Assembly: GCA_050115495.1 (NCBI GenBank)
Contig: JASFQK010000011.1
Coordinates: forward strand, 32,001-96,000
Reading direction: 5' to 3'
Origin: Phycisphaerae bacterium
Lineage (GTDB): Bacteria; Planctomycetota; Phycisphaerae; UBA1845; Fen-1342
Length of the DNA: 64,000 bases
The notes under the pieces are model-generated. The model was not told the origin of the DNA. It did no database searches and saw only the letters and a program-made list of their open reading frames with translations. Below, piece by piece: positions 49,597 through 58,849 of the stretch. Made by a program: the position numbers and the translations under genes. The stretch's first letter is position 1, and each line of letters opens with the position of its first letter.

Positions 49597-49626
49597 AGTA
49601 TAATCCAGATTCTGCGATGCCTGCAA
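49597..49626 (-). promoter_or_regulatory. Sigma70 promoter for rpsU
   Basis: Minus strand TTGCAG-N18-TATACT. Confidence 0.5.
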
Positions 49627-49704
49627 GCCTGAGGGGGACGAAACCCGCCTCGGCGGGGCCGATACTGCGGAAATGGCCCCCGGGAGCGCACACGGCCCCC
49701 ACGG

Positions 49705-50910
49705 CTACTTGATCTGGCTCAGGGCCCGTTGGACCGCCGCCTCCAGCTCGGCCTCCCGTCCGCCACCGGCACCCACGTACACAATCTTCCCGTCGTGACC
49801 GATCACGTAAAACGTCGGGATCCCCTTCACGTGGTACTGCCGGGCGGTCGCGTTGCCCTTCAGCAGCAGCCCGTACGTAAACCCTTGTGATTTCATGTAC
49901 TTCGCCGGGTCGCCCCCGCGCTCGAACGTATTCACGCCGTACAACACGAACGGCTTGTCCTTCATCCGCTCCTGAAGCTTCTGGAGGCCGGGCATGGCCC
50001 GCTTGCACGGTCCGCACCACGTCGCCCAGAAGTCCAGCAGGACCACCTTGCCCCGCAGCTCCGCTAGGTGGACCTCCTGACCGTCGGGGGTCTTCAGCTT
50101 GAAATCCGGCGCCTCCGTCCCCACGGCCAGCAGGTCGCCCCGGCTGCCACCGCCGGCCGTCGGCGGCAGGGGGGGCGTCGCCGACTGCTGCTTGTAGCCC
50201 TCCGGGATCTCCAGGTGGAACAGGTTGTCGGCCACCGTCGGGTTGGCGTCCAGGGCGGTCAGCGTCAGCACCCGCGTCATCTGGCCCATCGGCAGCACGA
50301 TCTTCCGCTCGATCCGCCGGGGCAGGTAATCCTCGGTCCCGAAGTACCACCGTGCCGTGCTCCGGCTCCGGGCGTACCGGACGTCGATGACCTGGCATTC
50401 CGTTTCACCGACTTTCTCGGTGCCGACGTACGTGACGCCCGTCGCGCCGATTTCCTCGGCGTACGGCGTCTCGCCCACGAGGTCCCCGATCAGCAGGCCG
50501 ACGTACGGCGTGAGCAAGCTGATGCCCCGCGGTCCTTCGGCCTGGCGATATTGCCGCTCCCGGTGGCTGATGGCGCAGACGACCTTGCCGTCGCTGGCGA
50601 TCTGCGTCGAGGTCGTCGGCTGGCTGGTGGCACCCTCGCCACCCTCATCGCCGGCCCGGCTCTGCGCGTCGATGCGGATCTTGGGCAGGTCGGGGGCGTT
50701 GCGCAGCATGGTCACGCGGGCCGTCTGGTCCCGCTGCTTGTCGCCGTTGGACCACTCGGTGTGCAGCGTCGCCTCGTAGGTGATCGCCTTGAGGTTCTTC
50801 GCCGACGCCTGGGCCTTCTGAAAGACCTCCGCGCCGTCGGGCCCATTGGCGGAAGCGACCCCGATCAGCCCCAGGCACAGCACGCTTACTGCAGTCCACA
50901 CCGCTCTCAT
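49705..50910 (-). CDS. TlpA/ResA redoxin fused to an N-terminal LolA-like domain
   Basis: Signal peptide; APDFKL..LRGKVVLLDFWATWCGPC and GIPTFYVI; N-domain ending LFHLEIPEGY. Confidence 0.85.
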   Translation of the reverse strand: MRAVWTAVSVLCLGLIGVASANGPDGAEVFQKAQASAKNLKAITYEATLHTEWSNGDKQRDQTARVTMLRNAPDLPKIRIDAQSRAGDEGGEGATSQPTTSTQIASDGKVVCAISHRERQYRQAEGPRGISLLTPYVGLLIGDLVGETPYAEEIGATGVTYVGTEKVGETECQVIDVRYARSRSTARWYFGTEDYLPRRIERKIVLPMGQMTRVLTLTALDANPTVADNLFHLEIPEGYKQQSATPPLPPTAGGGSRGDLLAVGTEAPDFKLKTPDGQEVHLAELRGKVVLLDFWATWCGPCKRAMPGLQKLQERMKDKPFVLYGVNTFERGGDPAKYMKSQGFTYGLLLKGNATARQYHVKGIPTFYVIGHDGKIVYVGAGGGREAELEAAVQRALSQIK

Positions 50911-51146
50911 TACCCGTCCTTATCGGCCAACCAGTTGGATGAACCGCGGCCCCGCCCCGCCGCACGCGCATATCCCATTTATGATGCCGAATTGCCCGAG
51001 CCCACGCAAGCCCAAACGCCCGCCGCACGGCCCCGCCAGTTGACGAACGTCTTTCCGGCGGTGATAGTGACGCCTCTGGAGCAGGAGCCCCGGTGCCGGG
51101 CGTCCCCGTGCCGCGGCCCTGCCCGTTTTCAATGAGGACTGAGCCC

Positions 51147-51308
51147 ATGCGCAAGAGCTCGTGGATCAAGTGGAGCTGCCTGCTGGCCGGTGGAGCCCTC
51201 TTGTTGCAGGCGCCGACCTGCGCCCAGTACACCGCCACCGTGGGTGACCTGGCGATGGTCGCTGCCGCCGGCGGCGTCTGGTACCTGGTTTCCCGCGTGC
51301 TGGAGTAG
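51147..51308 (+). CDS. Small hydrophobic protein (53 aa)
   Basis: GAGGA RBS; MRKSSWIKWSCLLAGGALLLQAPTC..GGVWYLVSRVLE; ends in TAG TAG. Confidence 0.55.
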   Translation: MRKSSWIKWSCLLAGGALLLQAPTCAQYTATVGDLAMVAAAGGVWYLVSRVLE

Positions 51309-51356
51309 TACGCCGCGACGGCCGGTTTCCTTCGGCCGCCGGCATCGTCTGGCGAG

Positions 51357-52127
51357 GTGAGCATGCCCCACAGCCTGATCGCCTGCCGAACGACCGCCTA
51401 CGGTCCGTTCGAGCACTTGGCGTTTGAACATCTGGCGGGTCTCGGCATTGGCCATGTCGAGGTCCTGGCTCCGCCGCCGGACCAGTCGGACCAACTGCGG
51501 GCCGACCTGGAGCGCTGGGGTTTGCGCGCGAGCACCGTGCACGCGCCCTGTGATCTGACGCGGGACGACGTCGCCGACCAGATCGCGGCCCAGATGCCGC
51601 TATTCTCGGCCCTGGGCACGCGCCTGATGTTCGTCGCGGTCAAGATGGGCACCGTGCCCTTCAAGACCGCCTGCGATCGGCTGCGGACTGCCGGCGAGGT
51701 CGCCGCCGAGCATGGCGTGACCATCGTCGTCGAGACGCATCCGGACTTGGCCACCAATGGCGAGATCGCCCTCTGCACCATGCAGACCGTCGATCACCCC
51801 AACGTCCGCATCAACTTCGACACGGCCAACATCTACTTCTACAACCACGACACCGACGCTGCCCGCGAATTGCGCACCATACTGCCCTACGTCGCCGCCG
51901 TGCACCTCAAGGACACCGACGGCGGCTACCGGCACTGGCACTTTCCCGCACTCGGCCGGGGTGTCGTGAATTTCCCGAAGGTCTTCGGCCTGCTCGATAG
52001 CGCCGGCTTCAACGGCCCGTGCACGCTGGAGATCGAGGGCATCGAGGGCGAGCAACGGACCGAGCGCCTCGTCTGCGACCGCATCGCGGAGTCGCTCGGC
52101 TATCTGCGCGGCCTGGGCCGGCTCTGA
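51357..52127 (+). CDS. Sugar phosphate isomerase/epimerase (xylose isomerase-like TIM barrel)
   Basis: VETH, NFDTAN, VHLKD, GRGVVNF and LEIE. Confidence 0.88.
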   Translation: MSMPHSLIACRTTAYGPFEHLAFEHLAGLGIGHVEVLAPPPDQSDQLRADLERWGLRASTVHAPCDLTRDDVADQIAAQMPLFSALGTRLMFVAVKMGTVPFKTACDRLRTAGEVAAEHGVTIVVETHPDLATNGEIALCTMQTVDHPNVRINFDTANIYFYNHDTDAARELRTILPYVAAVHLKDTDGGYRHWHFPALGRGVVNFPKVFGLLDSAGFNGPCTLEIEGIEGEQRTERLVCDRIAESLGYLRGLGRL

Positions 52128-52296
52128 CACCCCCCCCAGGGGGGATGGGTCGGGGACGGACTTGCGCGCAAGATTTGCGCCCAGGAGGGGCATGGGAGGC
52201 GGCGGAGCCGCTGTAACATATGGGCAGGGCGGTTCTTAACTGCCCGAGTCTGCGGGATGCGCCGATAGCAGGGGCAAGGTCTCGCTGGACTGCGCC

Positions 52297-53004
52297 ATGC
52301 CGTATCGCAATATGAACATCGACGAGCTCGCCCGCCATCTGGGTATGGACGCCCGGCTGGTGCGCAAATGGGCCGAGCGCGGCAAGCTCCCCGGAACGAT
52401 GGTGAAGGGCGAATGGCGCTTCAACCGCGCTCAGCTCCTCGACTGGCTTCAGCAGGAAATCCACAGCCTCGAGCATGTGCACGTGCAGAACCTCGAACGG
52501 GCCATGTCCAGTGATGAAGACCACGAGCATCTCGTCACCGAGCTCATCCCCACCGAGGGCATCAACATGAACCTGCCCGCTCGCTCGCGGGCCTCGGTTC
52601 TGCGTGAGCTCGTCGTTCTCGCCGAACGCACCGGCCTCGTCTACGACGGCCCCGGCCTGCTCGAAGCAGTGCAGGAACGCGAAGAGCTGGTCTCGACCGC
52701 GCTGCCCGGCGGCCTGGCCTTTCCCCACCCCCGGCGACCCATGCCGTACGCCACCGCCGAACCGCTGATCTGCGTGGCCCGTGTCCCCGGCGGCATTCCC
52801 TTCGGTGCACCCGACGGCGGCATGACCTACGTCTTCGTCTTCGTGTGCAGCCACGAGGAGCGCCAGCACCTCTGCGTGCTCGCCCGCCTGGCTCTCATGT
52901 TCTGCTCGGATATGGCCCTGCGCCTGCGCGACATCGACGACGCGGAGACAGCTCTGGCCGCGATGCTTGAGCGCGAAGCCGAGATCGTCGCCTCCCGCCG
53001 CTAG
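52297..53004 (+). CDS. HTH_17 (excisionase-like) plus PTS IIA(Ntr)-like protein
   Basis: ELARHL..GKLPG...GEWRF; RE...STALPGGLAFPHPR and FGAPDG. Confidence 0.88.
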   Translation: MPYRNMNIDELARHLGMDARLVRKWAERGKLPGTMVKGEWRFNRAQLLDWLQQEIHSLEHVHVQNLERAMSSDEDHEHLVTELIPTEGINMNLPARSRASVLRELVVLAERTGLVYDGPGLLEAVQEREELVSTALPGGLAFPHPRRPMPYATAEPLICVARVPGGIPFGAPDGGMTYVFVFVCSHEERQHLCVLARLALMFCSDMALRLRDIDDAETALAAMLEREAEIVASRR

Positions 53005-53050
53005 CGCCGCTTTCCCTCTCTGACACTGTCCCCCACGAACGCTACCGCCG

Positions 53051-54754
53051 TCAGTCTCGGAACTTGATCCGGTCGATGATCTTGAAGTCCTCGGGGCGGA
53101 CGAGGTCCTTGCGCTTGTACACGCGCACGTTGTCCGAGACGGCTATGTCCGCCACCATCTCGTAGTTGTCGTCGATCCACTCGCCGAATTCCGCTTGCGG
53201 TTTCGGCTTGTCCGGGCTCTGGCCGTGCAGCCACAGGTAGTCGGAATACGACAGCACGATCACCGCCGGCGGGTTGGCGAACAGGTCCTTCTGCAGCTCA
53301 TCCAGCACGAACTGGGCCTGCCCCGGCACCTGCCCGACCTTCTCCGTCGTCGTGTAGCGGACGGCGTTGATCCGCCGCGCTTCCAGGTACACGCCCGGGA
53401 AGTAGCCCCAGCACTGGACCTTCTGATCCGGCGTGGTGACGCCGGCGACCGCGTCGCCGATGATCTCCCACTCCGCCCGCTGCCCCTGAAGGCTGCGGAA
53501 CACCCAGACCTTGCTGACCTCTTCCCACTGCCGCGTCACCGCGTCGATCGAGAAGTAGGCGATGGCCACGAACGCCGCCACCACCCACGCCCGCTGCTCC
53601 AGCCGCACCGGCAGGCGCATCTCCGCCTGGAGGACGTTCACCAGGTAGGCGGCCATCAGCATCAGCGGCGGTATGCTCGGCACCAGGTAGTGCCGGAACG
53701 CGTCCGGACTGATAAGCGCGCCATAGAAGGCCACCGCGTACCAGATCGCGAACAGCAGCATGTATCGCGGACAGACCGCCCCGATCTGACGCAGTGGCCG
53801 CTCGATCTCCGGCGGCCGATGCTGCGGACGCAGCCGCCACAGCACGGCGTGGATGCAGCCGGCGATCGCCATCAGCAGCGGCAGCCGCATGATCGGGAAG
53901 AAGTGATCCTTCAGCAGCATCCACGAGACGAAGCTGTACGGAAACTGGCTCTTGCCCGTGGCGAAGTACGCGTGGTTGAACGTGAACGTGGCGAACCACG
54001 CGTCGTCCAGCGCCCCCTGGCTCGCCAGGTACGCCGCCGCCAGCGCGACCGTCGCGCACAGCCCGCCCAGCAGGAGGAAGCAGCGGGCCACCGCCTGTCG
54101 GAACGGCACCTCCCGCGTCAGCATCAGGATGATCGTGTGCAGGCCCATCGCCCCCCAGGCGGCCAGCCCGACCTGCTTGAACAGGAACGCCGCCCCGCAG
54201 CACATCCCCGCCAAATACCACTTCCACCACCGGTCTTTGGCATAGCCGCGCACGTAGAACAGCACGGCGGCCAGCTCCCAGGCCACCAGGAACGTCTCCG
54301 TGCGGTTGGTTCCTCCCGTATAGAAGCCGTGTGTCAGCCAGAAGCTCAGTAGCACCGTCGCGAACGCCGCCGCCCCCCGGTAGAACAGCGACGCACTGAT
54401 CGCCAAAAAGCACACGTGCGCCACCACCAGCGCCGCGGTGCACATCGCGATCACGCCGAAGTAGCTGCCCCCGCCGACCAGCATCCCCAGGGCGTTGATC
54501 CAGTAGATGCCGGGTGGCTTGTTGTCCCACACGTCGACGTACACCGTCGCCCCGTGTGCGATCCGCCAGCCGTAGTACCCGAACATCTGGTCGTCGACCA
54601 CGTCCGTCCGGTAGTACGCCAGCACCTGCGACAGCAGGATCATCGGCCCCACCAGGGCCACGACCACCGTGATCAGCAGCGGCCACGGCGTCGGCCGATA
54701 GGCTTCCTCACGAGGGGCGTAGGCCAGTGGTGGTCTGTGCTCTGTCGAGTTCAA
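53051..54754 (-). CDS. GT-C fold (ArnT/PMT, GT39-like) membrane glycosyltransferase
   Basis: DD..F.YYG, YVDVWDNKPPGIY, TE.F, FKQ and HY..P..PP; multiple TM helices. Confidence 0.8.
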   Translation of the reverse strand: MNSTEHRPPLAYAPREEAYRPTPWPLLITVVVALVGPMILLSQVLAYYRTDVVDDQMFGYYGWRIAHGATVYVDVWDNKPPGIYWINALGMLVGGGSYFGVIAMCTAALVVAHVCFLAISASLFYRGAAAFATVLLSFWLTHGFYTGGTNRTETFLVAWELAAVLFYVRGYAKDRWWKWYLAGMCCGAAFLFKQVGLAAWGAMGLHTIILMLTREVPFRQAVARCFLLLGGLCATVALAAAYLASQGALDDAWFATFTFNHAYFATGKSQFPYSFVSWMLLKDHFFPIMRLPLLMAIAGCIHAVLWRLRPQHRPPEIERPLRQIGAVCPRYMLLFAIWYAVAFYGALISPDAFRHYLVPSIPPLMLMAAYLVNVLQAEMRLPVRLEQRAWVVAAFVAIAYFSIDAVTRQWEEVSKVWVFRSLQGQRAEWEIIGDAVAGVTTPDQKVQCWGYFPGVYLEARRINAVRYTTTEKVGQVPGQAQFVLDELQKDLFANPPAVIVLSYSDYLWLHGQSPDKPKPQAEFGEWIDDNYEMVADIAVSDNVRVYKRKDLVRPEDFKIIDRIKFRD

Positions 54755-54758
54755 CGAG

Positions 54759-55499
54759 TTACACCAGCTTCAGAGCCTGTTGCAGGCGGGCCTGGGCGCT
54801 GTCCCAGTTGACCACGTTCAGGAACGCCTTGATGAAGTCAGACCGGCGGTTCTGGAACTTCAGATAATACGCGTGCTCCCATACGTCGATCGCCAGCAGT
54901 GGTACGCAGCCCCACACGCCCAGGTTCTGGTGCTTCTCCGCCTGGAGCACGAGCAGCCGCTGCGACACCGGCTCGAGGGCCAGTACGCTCCAGCCGCTGC
55001 CCTGCACCTGCTGCGCGGCTGCCGCCAACTGCGCCCGAAACGCGTCGATGGTGCCGAAATCTCGCGTAATGGCCTGGGCGATCTCGCTGCCCGCCGCCGG
55101 GTCGCCACCGCCACCGCGCTTCATGCTCTCGAAGAACAGCGTGTGCAGCAGGTGCCCGGAGGCGTTGAAGGCCAACGATTCGGTCACCGTCCGCACGCGG
55201 TGGATCTCGTTGCCGCCCACGCGGCGGATTTCCTCCAGTTCCGCGACGGCCGCATTCGCCCCGCGAACGTACCCCGCGTGGTGCACGTCGTGGTGCAGTT
55301 TCATCGTCTGGGCGTCGAGGTGCGGCTCGAGGTCGGCGTAGTCGTACGGCAGGGGGGGCAGGCGGTAGGGGCCCTGTACCTCGCTCGCCGGCTGGTCGTC
55401 GGCCGCCGGCGCCGCTTGTGCCGAGGCGCTGCCCAGTGCATACCATCCACCCAATAGCGCCGCGGAACCCAGAATCTCTCGGCGTGATAAGACGCTCAT
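54759..55499 (-). CDS. Fe/Mn superoxide dismutase (Mn-type signature) with Tat signal peptide
   Basis: SRREIL twin-arginine leader; LPYDY..LEP, HHDVHH, HTLF, QGSGW and DVWEHAYY. Confidence 0.93.
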   Translation of the reverse strand: MSVLSRREILGSAALLGGWYALGSASAQAAPAADDQPASEVQGPYRLPPLPYDYADLEPHLDAQTMKLHHDVHHAGYVRGANAAVAELEEIRRVGGNEIHRVRTVTESLAFNASGHLLHTLFFESMKRGGGGDPAAGSEIAQAITRDFGTIDAFRAQLAAAAQQVQGSGWSVLALEPVSQRLLVLQAEKHQNLGVWGCVPLLAIDVWEHAYYLKFQNRRSDFIKAFLNVVNWDSAQARLQQALKLV

Positions 55500-55531
55500 G
55501 GCGCCCTCCTTGGCCTTGCTCCGTTCGTCGC

Positions 55532-55882
55532 TTACGTGCAGTTCTGCGGCGCCGGGATCAGGCAGATGAACTCCAGCGGCTCGCGACCGTTGTTCTGGAA
55601 CTGGTGCTTTTCGTTCGGCGGCATCCATACCACGTCGCCCGCCCGGCAGGGGTGGTCGCCGCCGGCGCTCCGCACGATGCCGGCACCCTTCACGATGAGC
55701 ACCTCGTGCTCGTAATCGTGGGTGTGGTGCGGCGTGTGCCCGCCGGGGGCCACCTCGAAGTGACGCATGTGGAAGACGTCCGCACCCTCGTCGGGGCCGA
55801 TCAGCATACGCATACGCACACCTTCGGCGCCTTCGTGCGTGACGTCCTTCTGCTCGACCTGGACCAGCGGCCTGATCTTCAT
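55532..55882 (-). CDS. Cupin-2 domain protein
   Basis: PGGHTPHHTHDYEHE and PPNEKHQF. Confidence 0.9.
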   Translation of the reverse strand: MKIRPLVQVEQKDVTHEGAEGVRMRMLIGPDEGADVFHMRHFEVAPGGHTPHHTHDYEHEVLIVKGAGIVRSAGGDHPCRAGDVVWMPPNEKHQFQNNGREPLEFICLIPAPQNCT

Positions 55883-55899
55883 GGCTGGCTCTCCGGGGA

Positions 55900-56352
55900 T
55901 TAGTCGCGCACGATCCATTGATCGGGGGCGCGCGTGTACGAGACGATCTCCGCCGGCGTGAAGAACAGGGCGATTTCCTTCGCCGCCGTCTCCGGACCGT
56001 CGCTGGCGTGGACCAGGTTGTACTGCTGGTCGAGGCCGAAATCGCCGCGAATGGTGCCGGGCGCCGCCTGGATCCCGTTGGTGGCTCCGAGCAGGTTGCG
56101 CACCACGGTGATCGCCGACGGCCCTTCGAGCACCGCCAGGATCACGGGACCGGCCGTCATGAACTCAACGAGCGATCCGTAGAACGGCCGGTCCTTGTGC
56201 ACCTCGTAGTGCTTTTCCACCTGCGCCCGGGGCGACTGCTGGAGCTTCATCGCCGCAATCCGCAGACCCTTGTCCTCGAAACGGGCCAGGATGCGCCCCA
56301 CCAGCAGGCGATGAATGGCATCCGGCTTGAAGATAATCAACGTGCGTTCCAT
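55900..56352 (-). CDS. ndk: Nucleoside diphosphate kinase
   Basis: ERTLIIFKPDA, PGTIRGDF and NLVHASD. Confidence 0.98.
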   Translation of the reverse strand: MERTLIIFKPDAIHRLLVGRILARFEDKGLRIAAMKLQQSPRAQVEKHYEVHKDRPFYGSLVEFMTAGPVILAVLEGPSAITVVRNLLGATNGIQAAPGTIRGDFGLDQQYNLVHASDGPETAAKEIALFFTPAEIVSYTRAPDQWIVRD

Positions 56353-56444
56353 ACGGGCTCCCTAAGGATTATGCTGTGTGCGGGATTGTAGCGGATGGTG
56401 CAGGGGCGAGAAAGCCGCGCCCCCGCCGGACCAGGTGACTCGCC

Positions 56445-57380
56445 ATGACGCGCTGCTGCGGGCTGCTGCTCCTGCCTGTCCTGTTGCTGGGCCTCGCCGG
56501 CTGCACCGCCGCCGGTCCCCGCCCGCTCACACCCGTCGAGCAGGCCGTCGCCGACGCCGCCCGCCCCATCCTCGAAATGGACCCCGACGCCGTCTGGACC
56601 GACTGCTACAACCGCCTCGTCGACCTCGCCCCGGCGAGCCTGACCTACCTCGCCGAGCAGCCGGACTTCTGCCACCCGGCAGCGCCCGACAGCTTACCGG
56701 TCCTGACGCACACCTCCCTTGTGCGTCTGCTGATTCAGCCGGGCCTGCGGCCTGCGGTTACCGCGACCTGCCTGGACACCAGCCTCGACGTGCTCTACTT
56801 CGACCTCAAGGTCGGCGGTGAGCGGCTGGGCACGCCGCTGCTGGCCTCGCCATCCCCGCCCGCCACGTGGCACGAGCTCTACGCTGGCAAGTTCGATCAC
56901 CATCTAGCCGGCCGAATCGACGTCGAGGCCGACCGCCAGGTCTTGCACCGCTGGTGGCTCGAAAACCGCGATCGGGCGTCGCTCGTCGCCGAATGCCGCC
57001 GGCTGCGCCCGCAGCCCGAGCCGCTGTGGAAGGTGTTGTCTCGTCGGCCGGCCGACCGCTGGGAGTATCAGCCGGAGGTCCGCGCCGTCCGTTGTTCGAC
57101 GCAGGCCGAGCCGGTGATGATTTCGACCGTGACGTACGACTACAATCTGGTCCGAGCGACGTGCATCTGGCTCGGGGCGAGCGGTCGACCCGACGTGCGC
57201 GAGGGCCTCATCGGCCTCGTCGCCAGTCCCTCGGCCGTCATCGCCCATAATGCCCTGTTCTCGCTCGCTTACGTGCCGGACGAACGCATCCGCGACGTAT
57301 TGCGGCGGTACAAGGAAACGCAGGGGTTCCGCCCGCGGTCGGAACCCGCCGAGCCCCGCGCGTCGACGATGCGAACCTGA
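56445..57380 (+). CDS. Hypothetical lipoprotein (possibly helical repeats)
   Basis: LAGC lipobox; GC3-biased codons. Confidence 0.7.
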   Translation: MTRCCGLLLLPVLLLGLAGCTAAGPRPLTPVEQAVADAARPILEMDPDAVWTDCYNRLVDLAPASLTYLAEQPDFCHPAAPDSLPVLTHTSLVRLLIQPGLRPAVTATCLDTSLDVLYFDLKVGGERLGTPLLASPSPPATWHELYAGKFDHHLAGRIDVEADRQVLHRWWLENRDRASLVAECRRLRPQPEPLWKVLSRRPADRWEYQPEVRAVRCSTQAEPVMISTVTYDYNLVRATCIWLGASGRPDVREGLIGLVASPSAVIAHNALFSLAYVPDERIRDVLRRYKETQGFRPRSEPAEPRASTMRT

Positions 57381-57440
57381 ACGCAGAGGAGCAGGCGGGC
57401 GGCGCATGGTTCACCGCCCGGAGGCAAGGGAGTGCCACGC

Positions 57441-58160
57441 ATGAAGTGGATGCGACTCGCCATCGGCTCGGTCGTGCTCGTCGGCACGGCTGTCTTCGTC
57501 GCCGTCCAGTTTGGCAGCTACGAGGTCCGGCAGCTCCAGCAGGAAGTCAGCCGCCTCGAGCAGGAGCGTCAGCAGCTGCTGACCTACGCCCGACGCCTCT
57601 GCGCCTCGCGTCGCGTGGCCCAGGTCGACGTCGTCCGTCAGCGCGAAGACCGCGACGGCCGCACGATCAGCACCTTGCTCTGGCAGGAAATCGGCGCCGA
57701 CGGCACGCTCGGCAAACCGCTCGCCCTCGAAACCATCGGCCGACAGGTCTACTTCGAGGCTCTCGTCATCAAGTTCGACCCGGAGCTCGTCAAGGAGGGC
57801 GACGCCGAACGCGGCACCAGCCTCGCCATGTTCCGCCGCATCTTCGGCGATCGGCAGGCTCCCGAATCCGTCGACGACATCGACCGCTCCGCGCGCCCCC
57901 CCGTTCTCACCGGCGATGCACCCGCGTTGCACGACGAGTTGTGGGAGCGCTTCTGGGAGTTGATCGACGATCCCGAATTGGCCGCGAAGTTCGGCGTGCG
58001 GATCGCGCAATGCGAGGCCCCGTCTGTCCTGTTGAAGCCGAATCAGATCTGGGAAGTCACGCTCGACGCCGCCGGCGGTCTCAACCTGCGCAGAATCGGC
58101 ACGCGCGAGTCGGATGACGGTCACGTGTCCGCGTGGCCGGAGAGCCGGACATCGCCATGA
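57441..58160 (+). CDS. Membrane-anchored coiled-coil hypothetical protein
   Basis: N-terminal TM followed by a Q/E-rich coiled coil; start could be 57432 or 57441. Confidence 0.7.
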   Translation: MKWMRLAIGSVVLVGTAVFVAVQFGSYEVRQLQQEVSRLEQERQQLLTYARRLCASRRVAQVDVVRQREDRDGRTISTLLWQEIGADGTLGKPLALETIGRQVYFEALVIKFDPELVKEGDAERGTSLAMFRRIFGDRQAPESVDDIDRSARPPVLTGDAPALHDELWERFWELIDDPELAAKFGVRIAQCEAPSVLLKPNQIWEVTLDAAGGLNLRRIGTRESDDGHVSAWPESRTSP

Positions 58161-58212
58161 ACCCGCGGATTGGGAGCGATTCCGCAGCGCTGCGGACGCC
58201 AGACGTTAGCGC

Positions 58213-58325
58213 AAAAAAAGAGGGCGGATGTCGGTGGGCGCCGGGGGGAAACGCCACAGCCGAGCATGCCGCCCAGCGAGTCGCTTTCAAACCGGGGGGA
58301 GGGGAGGTCCCCGTACAACGACTCT
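58213..58325 (-). ncRNA. Candidate small RNA with two C-rich-loop hairpins
   Basis: Minus-strand promoter directly upstream; 5' hairpin GAGUCG..CGACUC; 3' hairpin GGGCGG..CCGCCC followed by UC-U7. Confidence 0.55.
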
Positions 58326-58359
58326 CTAGGGAATATACCCTAGATTTGACTAGAATCAA
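58325..58359 (-). promoter_or_regulatory. Sigma70 promoter with an operator-like palindrome over the -10 box
   Basis: TTGATT (58359-58354)-N16-TATATT (58337-58332); TCTAGGG-N6-CCCTAGA at 58325-58344. Confidence 0.55.
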
Positions 58360-58678
58360 TAGCCCGCGTCGAGAATGTTTGCAAAACGCACATTCTCACT
58401 GTAACTCGTTTTCACAAAGCTGTTTAAATTGTCCGTCCTAACGTCGGGAAGCGGACACTCCCTGTCTCATTAACTGCATTTCACGAACGGATGGCACGAG
58501 CAGATGCTCTAAGCCGAGGCACTCTCTCGCGCACTCTCTGCGCCCGTGGCGACACTGCGCAACGTGTTCGATCTGGACGCACCCGAGCGAGCGCGGTATA
58601 TTTCCCGTCTCGCTCCTAAGGGGCGACGACAGCCGCACCGACCAGTATGGCGGGACGGCTCCAGGCCGCAAACCCGAT

Positions 58679-58761
58679 GGGCGTGTGTCCGAGTGGCCAA
58701 AGGAGACGGGCTGTAAACCCGTTGGCTTACGCCTACGGTGGTTCGAATCCACCCGCGCCCA
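58679..58761 (+). tRNA. tRNA-Tyr(GTA)
   Basis: GGGCGTG/CGCGCCC acceptor stem; ACGGG-CTGTAAA-CCCGT anticodon arm; long variable arm; GGTTCGAATCC. Confidence 0.97.
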
Positions 58762-58849
58762 TTCGAGAACCAGCAGAGGCACCGGCGACGGACCCGCCGG
58801 TGCCTCCTCTGTTTGGCCGCGTCGCGGTCGTCATTTCGGAGGAGCGGCG

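Noticed and set aside
52297..52480. Phage excisionase
   Set aside because: HTH_17 is fused to PTS IIA, a known regulatory architecture; no phage genes nearby
58321..58348. dif site or oriC
   Set aside because: Palindrome has a 6-bp centre but lacks the TTATGTxAA XerD arm; no clear DnaA boxes; it coincides with a promoter -10
58685..58849. N-terminal extension of the HAD ORF
   Set aside because: Runs through tRNA-Tyr; GTG at 58850 has a GGAGG RBS
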